Source of the DNA: Camelus dromedarius
Taxonomy: Eukaryota
Length of the DNA stretch: 64,000 nt
Direction: 5' to 3'
Assembly: GCF_036321535.1 (NCBI RefSeq)
Contig: NC_087437.1
Span: forward strand, 35,652,001 to 35,716,000
This document shows, in pieces, positions 14,135 through 26,607 of this stretch (positions are counted from its first letter, which is position 1; each line of letters begins with the position of its first letter). The notes under the pieces are model-generated. The model had not been told where the DNA came from and searched no databases. It saw nothing but the letters and a program-made list of their open reading frames with translations. Position numbers and translations under genes: made by a program.

Positions 14135-14340
14135 TGGTGAGGAAAATAGTGTAGTTGAATGTCAAGACCAACATAGGTTTGAATTCTAGATTTACCTCTT
14201 ATTAGATATGACCTTGGATAAATCACCTAACTGCTTTGAGACATAATTTTCTTTACCTATAGAATCTGATTTATAACACCTAACTTCTAGCCTGTTTTTA
14301 TGGAGATTAAAGACTATAGGGAAAATAAAGCACTAAAGAT
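14135..14340 (+). mobile_element. MIR SINE
   Basis: ggtttgaattctaga...atgaccttggataaatcacctaac...ggagattaa. Confidence 0.7.
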
Positions 14341-14820
14341 CAATCCTGGAAAGTCTCTCAACAAGCTGAATAAATTCTTCAAGAGTTCATTGTTTGAATG
14401 ATTTCTTCCAGCTAACTAGTGATGGGAACTGTGTCCTTTTGATCGTCACATAAGATAGTCACCATGAAAGTTAGTGTGAGTGCTATATCTAGAGGAAAAA
14501 GAAGAAATATATAAGAATAAATACATGGGAAGTATATGTAATACATAACTTTTGATAATTTCATAACAACATTTTTTTCTTAACTTTGATGCAGTCTTTC
14601 CCCCTCTGACATTCTATCTTGAGGAATAATTGTAATCATGAAAAAGCTATATACAACAAGATGCCCCTTGCATAATTTTTACAGTAATATTAATAAAAAT
14701 AAAGGTAAACAGAAAACATATGTTTATGAATGGAGAAATGTTTAAATATATCACAATGTAGCCATTGAATAGAGTATTATGCAATCATTGAAAATGACTA
14801 GATGCTGTAAGAGAAAAAGA

Positions 14821-14842
14821 TATATATATATATATATATATA
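14821..14842. repeat. (TA)11 microsatellite within an old L1 3' remnant (~14560-14960)
   Basis: Directly visible; flanks resemble an L1ME 3' UTR (gagtattatgcaatcattgaaaat). Confidence 0.9.
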
Positions 14843-15937
14843 TTTACATGTCTAGAAAATAAGAGTGGGAGAAAACAGAGCAAAATCTTTATAGAAAATG
14901 TAATTAATGGAGACATCTTTTCCTTACTTTACTCTCTTCTGAAAAGAGCTCTTATTGCTTTTAAAGAAACACAGCAAAATAAAAGATAAAAGATGAAATT
15001 TTCACAGCAAATGTCCAGAGCTGTCTGTAGCCATTTGTGATGTCAGAACAGCCACGGGGCTGCCTGACCTGATAATAGCTCGTATTAGTTTTCAGGCTTC
15101 AAGAACTGAAATTCACAAGTAGATTCTGGTGAAAGTAGTTGGGCAGTGCCACTGGCTTTTGATGTCTTTTTTGCATTTAGGAATGAAATCATACTGCAGC
15201 AAAATTCAAGGTGTTCAGAGTTAAAATCATTGATAAACTTGAAACAAATGGCCAACTAAATATAACAACAAAAGGAAAAATGTTGAATTAAGGCTATCAC
15301 TCTCTTTTCTGAACACTGAACCTTCACCATTTGTTGGCTCAGTTAAACTTTATTTTGAATTTCCCTTGAATTTCTTCACATGACACAGTGGGGACTATAG
15401 AAGCCACGTGTGTCTGGACTTTCCACAAAGCAGTGGCATTGCTGATACCACAGTTACACTCTTTCAGTGCAGGCTCAGAGAAAGCTGATGAACTAAATAT
15501 TCTAATGGTAATTTTCTGTAATACTGGTGAAATATACAAGTCATAAAATGAAGTCTAATTGTTTGAACCATGGACTCCTTTATCTTTATGATATACACAT
15601 CAAAATAGCAAGTTACTAGGGCAAGGTGACGATGGATGATTAACATGTACTACAGTATCCTTGTGTTGCAAGAGTGGACCATATGTGATTGGATTAATCT
15701 AGTACTGATGAACAGATTTTCCAGCTTATGTTGCTTTTAAATTGGTACATTTCTCTTTAATTCCATCATTAAATAATAGAAGGTAAACTCTGATAACCAA
15801 CCTTATAGCTCGGAAGCTCTGAAAATACAGAAAAGTTAGTTGAAAAAGCTGAGCTTATTTGCTTGATACTTCTTTTTATCAATTCCCCATGAATCTCACA
15901 GTCTAATATGTTTCCCTCATTACCATGTCAAAGGAGC

Positions 15938-16454
15938 GGCTGAGGGACAACCTTCCATTGGTCTCTCACATTTCTGCACATCTTGTGAACAGAGGTGCTG
16001 ACCATTTTTGTTCTAGACTGTTTTCTAGGATTTTTTTAAAATAGCAAACAGTCTTGGGAGAAAGACCATCTCCTTTGAACCAGACAACTGGTTTATTTGC
16101 TGTCCAACATAGAAAAGATAGTCTTTCCCACTGCGGCAAAATTTAGGCAGGTGTGCTTGCTGCCTGGGATAACAACATGGGATTTCCGGAGCTCCACGCT
16201 CTTCAGCTGTGAAGACATCCCCTGGCCCCCTTGAGTCTCACAGGGCAGCAGAGAGTGAATGTCTGGGGTGGGATGCATGCACAGTCCACTCTGTGTTGCC
16301 CTATGGGACTTGAAGGACCAGGAGAACTGACACTAACACGAAGCTCATGTTTCTTACCGCGCTGCATCTTCTGCCAGTATCCATGCAACTGTGACCATCT
16401 CCCTTGTGGGTTTATGAGCAGGATAAAATCCCAGGCCCTTCATATTTCTTGACA
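15938..16454 (+). mobile_element. LTR40-like ERVL solo LTR
   Basis: Start ...gggacaaccttccattggtctctcacatttctgcacatcttgtg, end ...tcttctgccagtatccatg...ttcttgaca; flanked by near-TSD ggagc (15933-15937) and ggaga (16455-16459). Confidence 0.8.
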
Positions 16455-17303
16455 GGAGAGACCTCACTTCACTTACTATCTTTAACACTAGCTCAGAACT
16501 TACTATTTTTATATCTCTCTGTCAATTCTTACATGATTTTTTTTTAAATCTCATTTTCTGTTTCTTCAGATTACCTTAGGAATGTGTAGAGTATATATTA
16601 CTTTGTGACTCAAAGTAGCAGTATGTATGCAATATGTATGTGTAGATGTATAAATAAAGAAATGTTGGGATTTAGATTTAAGATCTAAGCACTGGGTCTT
16701 TGGGATGTGGTTTTTTATTGACGAGGAATGGGTCTGATACTGAAAAAAAAAAAGAAGAGAAATAGGAGAATATAAGTAATGGACCTCATTTCCTTACTTC
16801 TTCCCAATTCTTTCTCTGCCTCTGGTATCTTTGTATTTTTAAGTGGCGTAGTTTCACTCTTGGTTCATTCTGAGGAGAATCATTGTGATAAGGGCTGTGC
16901 AGACTTAAGGGAAATCAGAGTTAAAAATGACAGAGGAATAGAAAGGGAAAACTGAGAGGCAGATGAGTGGTTGATTCCTCTCCCTTCTATCCTCTCATGG
17001 CTCTGTATTCTGCTTTCAGACTCTGCCAGTGGATTTCAATTTAAAGGGTAACTTTTTAGCAAGTTGCTGTTTAGAGGACAAGTTTGAGTAGATTCTTTCC
17101 ACCCAATAACTTCCTACCTTTGATGGTTGTCCCACATTCAGTTTATTTCTGGTTTTCCTTGGGAACCTCAGTTTGCCCAGATCTGAAATTTTCTTTACTA
17201 GTTTAGGAGAGGCAATTTGGGGAATATAGGCTGGAAATTACAGTTGGAGTGTTTTATTGAACATAGCAATAAAGAAGCCTTTTATAAACATAAAGAATAT
17301 GAG

Positions 17304-17517
17304 TGTTAGCCACTATATATAAAAATAGATTTAAAAAAACAAGTTTCTTCTGTATAGCACAGGAAACTACATTCAATATCTTGTAATAACATTTAGTAAA
17401 AAAAGAATATGAAAGAAATGCATGTCTATGCATGACTGGGACATTGTGCTCTACACCAGAAATTGACACATTGTAACTGACTGTACTTCAATTAAAAAAA
17501 TACAAAGAAAAAAAAAA
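17304..17517 (+). mobile_element. Young lineage-specific L1, 5'-truncated 3' end with A-tail
   Basis: ctgtatagcacagg...tgactgggacattgtgctctacaccagaaattgacacattgtaactgactgtacttcaat plus A-rich tail; probable TSD aaagaatatgag (17292-17303) and aaaggatatggg (17515-17526). Confidence 0.85.
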
Positions 17518-17909
17518 GGATATGGGAAATGAAGCTTAGAATTGGTAAGAAAATCTTTGGTCAGTGGACTAGAGGAAAGTAGATAACATGATAAGAAATA
17601 AAACATTGGGAAACATAGATGGAATGGATAAATGCAACACTTGGAAAACCACAGTTTGATCATTGAATTGATTTGGACAAAGCATCTAAACAATAAGTGG
17701 TAGCATAGAATATAGAATGTTGTTTTATTCATAATATGAAAAGAAACTCTAGGAAGGCATTAAAATTGTAGTTGATGAGAGCACAAACTAAGGAAGTGGA
17801 AGTAGTTTTCAAGAGTCAAATGATGCATCTGAAGAGACAGGATATTTCTTTCTCTTACACTGCTCTTCACAGAGTGGAAGTTGCTCCAGAGTTGGGATTA
17901 TTCACATAC

Positions 17910-18322
17910 TGCCTTTATCAATTTCCTGTTGCAGCTGTAACAAATTGCGGTGAGCTTAGTGGCTTAAAGTACCAGAAATTTTGTCACTTGTGCTCTCCTG
18001 GGCTCTAGGGGAAAATCTGTTCCTTGCATCTTCAAGCTTACGCCGACTGCCAGCATTCCCTGACTTGTGAGCACATCACTTCAGTCTCTGCCTCTGCCTT
18101 ATCTTCACACTGTCTTCTCCGAGTGTGTCTGTCTAACCTCCCTCTGCCTTCTTGTAAGGATACATATGGCAATTACAACCTACCTACATAATCCAGGGTA
18201 ATTTCCTCATCTCAAAATCCTTAATTTAATTGCATCTGCAAAAACTTCTCCATGTAAGGTGACAGTCACAGGTTCTAGGGATTGGGACTGGATATTTTGG
18301 AGCCCATCACTGAGCCCACTAT
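17910..18322 (-). mobile_element. MLT1C/D-like MaLR LTR
   Basis: tttcctgttgcagctgtaacaaatt...gtggcttaaa, ataatccagggtaatttcctcatctcaaaatccttaatttaattgcatctgcaaa, cacaggttctagggatt. Confidence 0.85.
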
Positions 18323-18859
18323 CTTACCCATGAGTAACCAGCCAGGAAGACAGCAGTAGACTGAGAACCCAGTCATTTCTCTGCCTAACAAGCTGGACTG
18401 CCCAGAGTGCAATGAACCTTTTCATAATTTGCACAAGTGGATGTCACCAGCACTGAGGACGTTTGGAAGAACATTGTAAAAGTTGATAAACATACCAGAA
18501 TTTTGTAAGGTAAGGTTTCACCTAGTAGTCCTAAATAAATAATTGGACTGTAACGAGGCAGTGGGTTCCCAAGGTGTCTCTATTCATAGAAGATTAAAGT
18601 GAATGGTATTTAGTAAGGAAAACGTTTTTGAAGAGAGGGATTTCTTTGTACAAACTAAGCTAAAATACTTTCTTTTGAAACATTAATCTCACTGTCTTTG
18701 TATTCTCCAAATAGCATACTTCCCTTACTGATTTTTAAAGAAACAATGTTGGGGGAAACCCATTATGATAAGCATTCATCCCCTCCTCTATTAAAACAGA
18801 AGTCTCAGCTGCTAAAACCACAAGGAACAGCTTTCCACTTTCAGAGGTTTTCATGGTTT

Positions 18860-19040
18860 CATGCAAAGAGGACTAATTTAGAGTTAGAGAAAAGCTACTT
18901 ACCTGGCTACACCACTAGCTGTGATTTTGCATATCATTGACTTTCTCTGAGCTTCCGTTTTCTCTGTGTAATAGAAATTATCATACAGACATCACAGGGA
19001 TGCTATCAGTGAAACAGGATCATAAGTGAAAGCATTGAAG
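18860..19040 (+). mobile_element. MIR SINE
   Basis: cctggctacaccactagctgtgattttg...ctttctctgagcttccgttttctctgtgtaa. Confidence 0.7.
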
Positions 19041-19299
19041 ATGATATCTAAAAACATAAATTTACATCCTATTCCTTTTTTTTTTTTTAATGGAGAGAAT
19101 TATGCAACAGAAAGCAGGAACAATACCCAGAGAGACCAGTCAAGCAGAAATTCTACAAGTACCAGTCTCATGTAGCTCTTTTGCCATTTATTCAAATGTT
19201 AAAAATGCCAGTTATTCCAAAGTATATTAGTGGGTGTTAACATTTTCTTTTTGTATCTACGTAGCAGGGCCATGCTAGCTCTGTGCTAGTAATTCTCTT

Positions 19300-20760
19300 T
19301 TTTTTTTTGGGCACACAGTGTGATGTTGCCCTGCCTTGACTATAGTTAGGTAACCATGATACTGAGTTACGACCGGAAGAATACACGCATAACTAATATA
19401 TGCCACTTCTAGGCCTGGCCCCTCATGAAATATTTTATTCACTGTTTATTCCCTTGTCTAACAGACAGAACATCCAACAGAAGTGTTGGAAGTCCTGGGG
19501 CAGAATTTGGCCAACTACAGCCAATGGGCCAAATCTAGCTGGCTCCCTTCTTGTGTAAATAATATTTAATTGAAATAGACTCATGCCCATTGATTAACCA
19601 GTTTCTGCTATAATGGCTGAGTTGAGTAGTTTGGCTGAGACCATGTAACCCACAAAGACTGAAATATTTAGCATCTGGCCCTTTATAGCTTGTTGACCCC
19701 TTCCCTAGAGATTAATGGACCTGCAGGATAGAATGAGCCATGGTCCCTAAATAATTGCAGAGAACTGCTTCTATTCATGCCTTCCAGCAGCTCTGGGCTG
19801 ATTCATGTGAGATTATGTGAGTGAGAAATAGACCATTATCACATTAAGGTTAGGGGATTTTGTAGTTCTGCAGTTAGCATTTAATACAGAAAGTGATACT
19901 GAAAATGAGATGATACTTCAACAAAACCTAAAATATGTGGCATATTTAAGTATAGTCTGGTAAGTCACACAGAAACTGGTATCAGAGGCGGGCAAAATAT
20001 CTGTCTATGTTACATGATGGCAAGATATTTGGTGAAAGCAGTTCCTACAATAACATAGAAAGTGGACCATATGCCTCCTTGAGTCAGTAGTTCTATGAAA
20101 AGTGGGTTAAAAAAATGTAAATGTGTGGGCTACTATTTCTTGCCATTGACAAGATATTACACAAACCAAATGGGCTCTGAATTTGCAAGATTTGCCTATT
20201 TGCAACCAGAGGTAACAGGAAATGAAATACAGAAATCTTTTAGGGTCTTTCAGGGTTATGGAAGTTTCCAGATCAAGGATAATGAGGGGTATGATTTCCA
20301 AAAAGCTCTGAGCTATGGATACCCATGGAGATTATGCAGTTGAACATTGACTCAGTCCTGCAGCAAATATGAGATCAGTGGTGTTACATTCACACCCTAG
20401 TTTATTATTTCAGATACTTGCAACATAGCCACCATTAAAGTTAGGGATATGGGCATGTGGGTGAGGCAAAGAAGGAAAGAAATAAATGCAGATTTGAGAA
20501 CAATATTAAGAACTTTGAGTATGATTACCTGTTCAGAGAGCCGACTGGAGCCAAATAGATCAGGAGACGGCTAAGTTTTTGAGGCAACTGTATTTTTTTA
20601 GGGAATTCGTAAATATTGACTGAAAAATGAAAACCACAAGAATCACACCGTAAACTTTAAAACAGTTCCCATGGGGGAAGTGAGCTGGGAATGCCATATG
20701 TTAGGGAAACACATAGACCTGCAGGATAGTACCACGCCAGGAAGGAGAGCCTGGGTTTCT
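19300..20760 (+). mobile_element. MLT1H-like MaLR LTR (~19300-19888) followed by MaLR internal sequence
   Basis: LTR ends ...gtgagtgagaaata...taataca at ~19888, followed directly by gaaagtgatactgaaaatgag...aacaaaacctaaaatatgtggca, resembling the MLT1-int start. Confidence 0.65.
19501..19702. mobile_element. MER58-type hAT-Charlie element nested in MLT1 LTR
   Basis: ccaactacagccaatgggccaaatctagc...gaaatatttagcatctggccctttatag...tgttgacccct; degenerate 8-bp TSD tcctgggg / ccctagag. Confidence 0.8.
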
Positions 20761-22379
20761 GAAAGACTGCACGGAGCAAGGTCCTTCAAAATTTTGTTGG
20801 AATGTGATATGATTACTTATCCAGGTTCATGTTACTTCAGTTAGTGTTTTCTCCTACAAATACAGCTTCATGGGTTCTCACTCCTGATTTCACTTTTGAT
20901 TTTTTACTGTCTTTGTTTTATCTTTTGTTGTGTAATTGTACAGTAGCTTTTCCCATTTTACTGAATGATTTGGAAATTTTCTTAGAACTCTTTCTTAAAA
21001 CATGTACCATTGTTGTCTCCTATATTTTATGCTCAGTCCCATTTATAAATACTGTATCCAAAGAACAAAAATAGAACAAAACATTATTTATAGAATTATG
21101 TTTCTTTGCATATAGTCTCTTTCAGGTCCTATTTTTAAAGTATTTGTTTCAGAAGCACTTTTATAGATCACTTTTGCAGCCTAAGAGATATTGGGATAGG
21201 GTTATATCTTTCTAGTATTGGTAAATATGAATTTATTTTAGCTTTATTTCCATTTGATGCTGCCTTTTCCACATTCTTTTCCATTTTTCTTTATCCCTTT
21301 GCTTCATAAACCATTTTTCTATTCCTCTGAACTCCTGCCTTCTTGAAGAAAAGGAAAATAAAATTCCGATGGAGACATCTCTTACGAACACTCAAAAATA
21401 AATCTTTTTGATAGTACTCAGCCTCTCTCCAACAAATTTGCATCTTTTCATTGTTTCCCGTTGTTCCTATAACTTTATAAGAGCTAAAGTTTGAAAATGC
21501 AGCATTTTTGTATAGAGTTTGATGATTCCAAAGCATTGCTATGTAGAGACAGCCTTCTTATTAACTGGCTCAAGGTGAAATAAAACGTTTTATTGAGATG
21601 TAATTTTCAATCTTATTTTTCTCTCTTCAGTCACAAAATGTAATTTTTCGGCTGAGAGGTGTTACGATTTTTTTGATCATAAGTTTAACCGGATGTAAAG
21701 AGTAAGTTTAACTAGATATAAACTAAAATGTTTCTTCTCTCTAATACATTCACTGACCTCTTTATTACACTTATTACACTGGATATATTGGGAAACTAAG
21801 TAACATGAAGGACAAAGAGAAAACTCCTTGAACTGTTTTTGGATTGAGCAGGGTGGTATAATAAAAAAGGCTGTTGAGAGTGATTGATTTTTTAGGGTTA
21901 AGCTCTTTTTTAATCCCTTATGCTGAGAGGATTTTACATTGGGAATATTCATATAATTTGAGCAAAGTTGTTTTGATTTGCTAAGAATGGGACTTATAAA
22001 AATTATCACAGCATATGAATATAGTAATGTTATAGTAACTATATCTAAATGACTCAATGTACTTTTGAATATGTGACTTTTTAAAACTATAATCCAATAG
22101 AAAATCTGAAGAGATATTTGGTGTGTTCTCTTACTAGCTGTTTGGTGATTGATATTTTTTTGCCCTTGGTTTTATTTGCATAATGTATACACTGATTATA
22201 CTGTTTGATATCCTTTAAACATTTATATGATTTTATTGTCTGCAATTTAAAATTACTATAAAATTCTATATGGCATTTTATTTATGGTATGTTTTAAGAT
22301 AATACATGTCTTTGGTGGGTTGCAAAATATGGACAGATCCTTCTCATTTGACATACTAGTCCCTTTGCATCATTACAGT

Positions 22380-22660
22380 TTAGAATTTTCTTATATAGTT
22401 GAACATCTCTTTTCTGACCCAGCAATTTGGTGCCTATATACTTACCCAAGTGAATTTGACACATATATGCCCAGATACTACATAAACATGTTCATACCAT
22501 TTGTATTCCTAATTGCAAAACACTGAAAAAAACTGCAAACCTCTCTTAGGAGGAGACTGAGTGAACAGATTGTGGTGTATTCATACAATGGCGTACCACT
22601 CAGCAATAGAAAACAACTTACTGCCCTTGCATGTAACAACTTGGATAAATCTCACAAGTA
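22380..22660 (+). mobile_element. L1ME-like 3' end fragment
   Basis: tgacccagcaattt...ttgtggtgtattcatacaatggcgtaccactcagcaatagaaa...tggataaatctcaca. Confidence 0.75.
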
Positions 22661-22669
22661 TAATGAAAT

Positions 22670-22845
22670 GACTTCTTATGAGAGCAAGTTGTGTGCATTT
22701 CTTCCCACTTCTGCATATGAACTATCTGAAATTAAAAATGTACACCACAGAAATAAGCAGATTCTACAAATCAGGTCTTCCATGCTGCCATCACCTCTCC
22801 AAACCTGCAGGTACTGGTTATTAAACATTTACGAGTACACCACTG
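22670..22845. mobile_element. MER63-like hAT-Blackjack element
   Basis: tacaccacagaaat...ctacaaatcagg and terminus ggttattaaacatttacgagtacaccactg. Confidence 0.7.
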
Positions 22846-22892
22846 CTTATCAGTAGTTTTAGGATCACAGACCTTAAATCTAGGATTTAAAC

Positions 22893-23114
22893 CAAAGATT
22901 GAAAAATTGTTTTTTGTAACAGGCCCATAGTAAACATTTTAGTCTTGATGGATCCTGTAGTCTCTGCTACGACTCGTCAGCTCTGCCTGTGTGGGGAGAA
23001 AGCAGCCACAGACAAGCCTGAAACAAGTGTGTATGTCTGTTTTTGATAAATGTGATCTGTAGAAACAAGCAGCTGGCCAGATTTGGCCTGTGAGCCACAG
23101 TTTGCTGACTCCTG
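22893..23114. mobile_element. MER58A-type hAT-Charlie element
   Basis: atagtaaacattttag...gaaagcagccacagaca...ggccagatttggcctgtgagccacagtttgctgactcctg; 8-bp TSD atttaaac / atctgaac (6 of 8 match). Confidence 0.85.
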
Positions 23115-23164
23115 ATCTGAACTAAAGCAATCTCACTCTTGAACCTGCTACCTGAACCCACTAC

Positions 23165-23343
23165 ACTAGTTGTTTGCATCCTACGTGCATCCTGGAATCA
23201 CTTAAGGAAGTTTTGTAATTATTAATGACCAGTTTCCATCCCAGAACAATTAAATCAGACCTCTTTGGGTGAGGCCGGGGCCTCAGGACATTTTTGAAGC
23301 CTCTTGGGTGATACAAATGTACCGCCATTGTTAAGAACTACTG
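23165..23343. mobile_element. MER5-type DNA transposon
   Basis: ggaatcacttaagg...ccatcccagaacaattaaatcaga...ggtgata...ttaagaactactg. Confidence 0.75.
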
Positions 23344-23475
23344 TCCTACATTGTATTGCCTTCAAAAGTGTAGGAAATTGTGTCCACTGTTGCCTGATGC
23401 AAAAGTTAGGTGTAGAGCTGATGGGAGCAAAGGTGAGGGCACGCTGAAAAACACTGCATTAAGAATCATTCACTG

Positions 23476-23579
23476 TGGGGGAGGATATAGCTCAGTGGTA
23501 GAGCACGTGCTTAGCATGCATGAAGTCCTGGGTTCAATCCCCAGTACCTCCATTAAGGAAAGAAAAGAAAAAGGAAAGA
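23476..23579 (+). mobile_element. tRNA-Ala(AGC)-derived SINE (camelid Vic-1 type) with A-rich tail and TSD
   Basis: ggggaggatatagctcagtggtagagcacgtgcttagcatgcatgaagtcctgggttcaatccccagtacctcca (A box, AGC anticodon loop, B box) to 23552; A/G-rich tail; TSD aagaatcattcactg (23461-23475) and aagaattatttactg (23580-23594). Confidence 0.9.
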
Positions 23580-25018
23580 AAGAATTATTTACTGAAAAAA
23601 ATTATGGTGCTCATTTGAATCTCCCCATATAATGCAACATAAAATTATATTTTCAAAATGACACAAAACTTACACATAATATTGAAATTAAACACCAACT
23701 GTCTAGATGCCAAATTACAAAATTATGAGTAAGATCCTTAAAACTGCAACTTTCTAAGCTTGACAGCCACCAATCTTCTTTGTACTTCTATGAGTTTCAC
23801 TACTTTAAATACCTCATATAAATGTAATTATGCAGTATTTATCTTTCTGTGACTGGCTTATTTCACTTAGCATAAGATCCTCAGTCAATACCTGTTGCAA
23901 TATAGAATAGGATTGCCTTCTTTTCTAAGGCTGAATAATATTCCATTGTATGTATATACCACATTTTCTTTGTTCATTCATCCATCAATGGCAGTTTCCA
24001 CTTTTTGGCTATTGTGAATAATACTGGCATGAATATGAGAGTGCAAATATCTCTTTGAGATCTTGATTTTAATTATTTTAGTTAAAAACCCAGAGTGGTA
24101 TTTCTGGATACTATGGTAGTTCTATTTTTAATTTTTTGAGTAACCTTCATACTGTTCTCCATAGAGGCCACACTGTTTTACATTTCCACCAACAGTGCAC
24201 AAGGATTGCAGTTTCTCTGCATCCTCACCAACACTTGTTATTTTCTCTTATTTTGATAATGGTCATCCTAACAGGTATGAAGTGATAACCTTATTGTGGT
24301 TTTGATTTTTATTTCCCTGATGTAAGTGATCATGAGCATCTTCTCATGTACCTGTTTGTCATTTCTATATGTTCTTTGGAGAAATGTGTATTGAAGTCCA
24401 TTGCCTGTTTTTAATCAGTTTATTTGATTTTTTGCTATTAAGTTGTAAAGGTTCCTTACATATTTGGGGTATTACCACTTATAATATACATGATTTTCAA
24501 ATATTTTATCCCATTCTATAGATGGTCTTTTCACTTTGTTGATTGTTTCCTTTCCTGTACAGAAGCTTTTAAGTATACTTTAATTCCAACTTGCCTATTT
24601 TTGCTTTTGTTCTGTACTTTTGGTGTCATATAAAGAAATCATTGTCAATGTCAATGTTATGATGTCTTTCTCCTATGTTTTATTTAATGAGTTTTATATT
24701 TTAGATATTTATAGATATTACGTTCCAACCTTTAATACATTTTGAGTGATTTTTGTGTGTGATATAAGATGAAGATCCAGTTTCATTCTTTTGCATGTGG
24801 ATATCCATTTTCCCAGTACCATTTGTTGAAGAGACTGCCCTTCCCCCATGGTATAGTCTTGGCACACTTTTTGAAGATCTTTGACCTTAAGAGCTTATGT
24901 TTATTTTTGTGCTCTCTAATCTATTCCATTGATCTTTATGTCTGTCTTTATGCCAGTACCATACTGTTTTGATTACTGCAGCTTTGAGTTATGTTTTTAA
25001 GTCAGGAAGTATCTAGCC

Positions 25019-25549
25019 TTTTTTTTTGAACTGGCTATGATGTCCAGCAAAAGCACCATAATTGTAGCTTTATTTTTTATTTTTTTAAATTTTATTTTAT
25101 TGAATTATAGTTAATTTACAATGTTGTGTCAATTTCCAGTGTAGAACACAATTTTTCAGTCATACCTGAACATACATATATTCATTGTCACATTCTTTTT
25201 CTCCATGAGCTACCATAAGATCTTGTATGTATTTCCCTGTGCTATACAGTATAAACTTGTTTGTCTATTCTGTATATACCTGTCAGTATCTACAGATTTC
25301 AAACTCCCAGTCTGTCCTTTCCCACCCCCCTACCCCCTGGCAACCACAAGTTTGTATTCTATGTATATGAGTGTTTCTGTTTTATATTTAAGTTCATTTG
25401 TCGTTGTCGTCTTCTCCATCTCTTCCTCCTCCCCTTCCCCCTCCCCTCCTCCTCCTCCACCTGCCCCCTTACTTCACTTACAATGACATTCTTCAGGGAC
25501 ATCCATGTTGCTGCAAATGCCATTATGTTGTCATTTTTTATGGCTGAAT
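25019..25549 (-). mobile_element. Young lineage-specific L1 3' end nested in older L1, with two poly(A) tracts and a 3'-transduced segment
   Basis: ttacaatgttgtgtcaatttccagtgtagaacac, ttccctgtgctatacagta, cccctggcaaccacaagtttgtattctatg; TSD aggaagtatctagc at 25004-25017 and 25550-25563. Confidence 0.9.
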
Positions 25550-25661
25550 AGGAAGTATCTAGCTTTGTTCTTGAGGTCCTATACAGTTCCTCAGGAATTG
25601 TTTTTTCTATTTCTGGAAAAAAAAGTTATTGGGATTTTCATAGGGATTGAATTTCTATTTA

Positions 25662-25880
25662 CAGTTGGCCTTTGAATAATTGGGGGGTTAGGGACACTCA
25701 ACTCCCTGCACAGTTGAATATCTTTGTATAACTTTTCACTTAGCCCTTTGTATCTGTGGCTCTGCATCTGCAGAGTCAACCAACCATGCATCATGAAGTA
25801 CTGCAGTACATATTTATTGAAAAAAGTTATGTATAAGTGGACCTGCACAGTTCAAACCTGTGTTGTTTAAGGGTCAAATA
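25662..25880. mobile_element. Tigger2-derived MITE (TcMar-Tigger) nested in L1
   Basis: TIRs cagttggcctttgaataat and gttgtttaagggtcaaata; internal tataagtggacctgcacagttcaaacc; TA on both flanks (25660-25661 and 25881-25882). Confidence 0.85.
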
Positions 25881-26607
25881 TATTTGTGTCATCTTTAATT
25901 TCTTTCAGGAGTGTTTCATAGATTTCAGTGTAGAAATCTCCCACTTCATTGGATAAGTTTATCCTTAAGTATTTTATTCTTTTTGATGCTACTGTAAATA
26001 AGATTGCTTTCTTAATTTCCTTTTTGATTGTTTACTGTTGGTGTATAGAAATACAGCCAAGTTTTGCATGTTGACTAATGTACCTTGTAGCTTTGCTGAA
26101 TTTACTAGTTCAAACAATTTTTCATTTTGTGGAATCTTTAGGATTGTCAACATATAAGTCATCTGCAAATAGTGAAAGTTTTTCTTCTTTATTTCCGCTT
26201 TGGATGACTTCTATTTCTTTTCCTTGCCTAAATGCTCTGGCTAGGACTTCTAGTATTATGTTGAATAGAAGTGTCAATAGTAGGAATCCCTCTCATGTTC
26301 TTGGTCTTAGAGGAAAAGCTTTCAGTTTGCCACCATTAGGTATAATGTTAGTAATGCATTTATCACATGTGGCTTTTATTATGTTGATATAATTTCCTCT
26401 ATCCCTAGTTTTTGAGGGTTTTTATCATTAGAGGGTGTTAAATTTTGTCAAAAGCTTTTCTGAATCTGTTGAGATAATCATGTGGTTTTTATCCTTTATT
26501 CTGTTGATTTGGTGTATCACGTTAATTGATATTCATGTGTTGAACCATCCTTGCATCCCAGGGGTAAATCCCACTAGGTCATAATGTATGATCTTTTTAA
26601 TGTGGTG

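Noticed and set aside
23481..23552. Functional tRNA-Ala gene
   Set aside because: The acceptor stem is mismatched, and the A-rich tail and TSD indicate a retroposed SINE.
23351..23632. 93-aa ORF containing GGGYSSVVEHVLSMHEVLGSIPST
   Set aside because: It is simply a translation of the tRNA-derived SINE and its tail.
25205..25486. Proline/serine-rich ORF (SSSSPSPSPPPPP)
   Set aside because: It is an antisense reading of an L1 3' UTR low-complexity CT tract.
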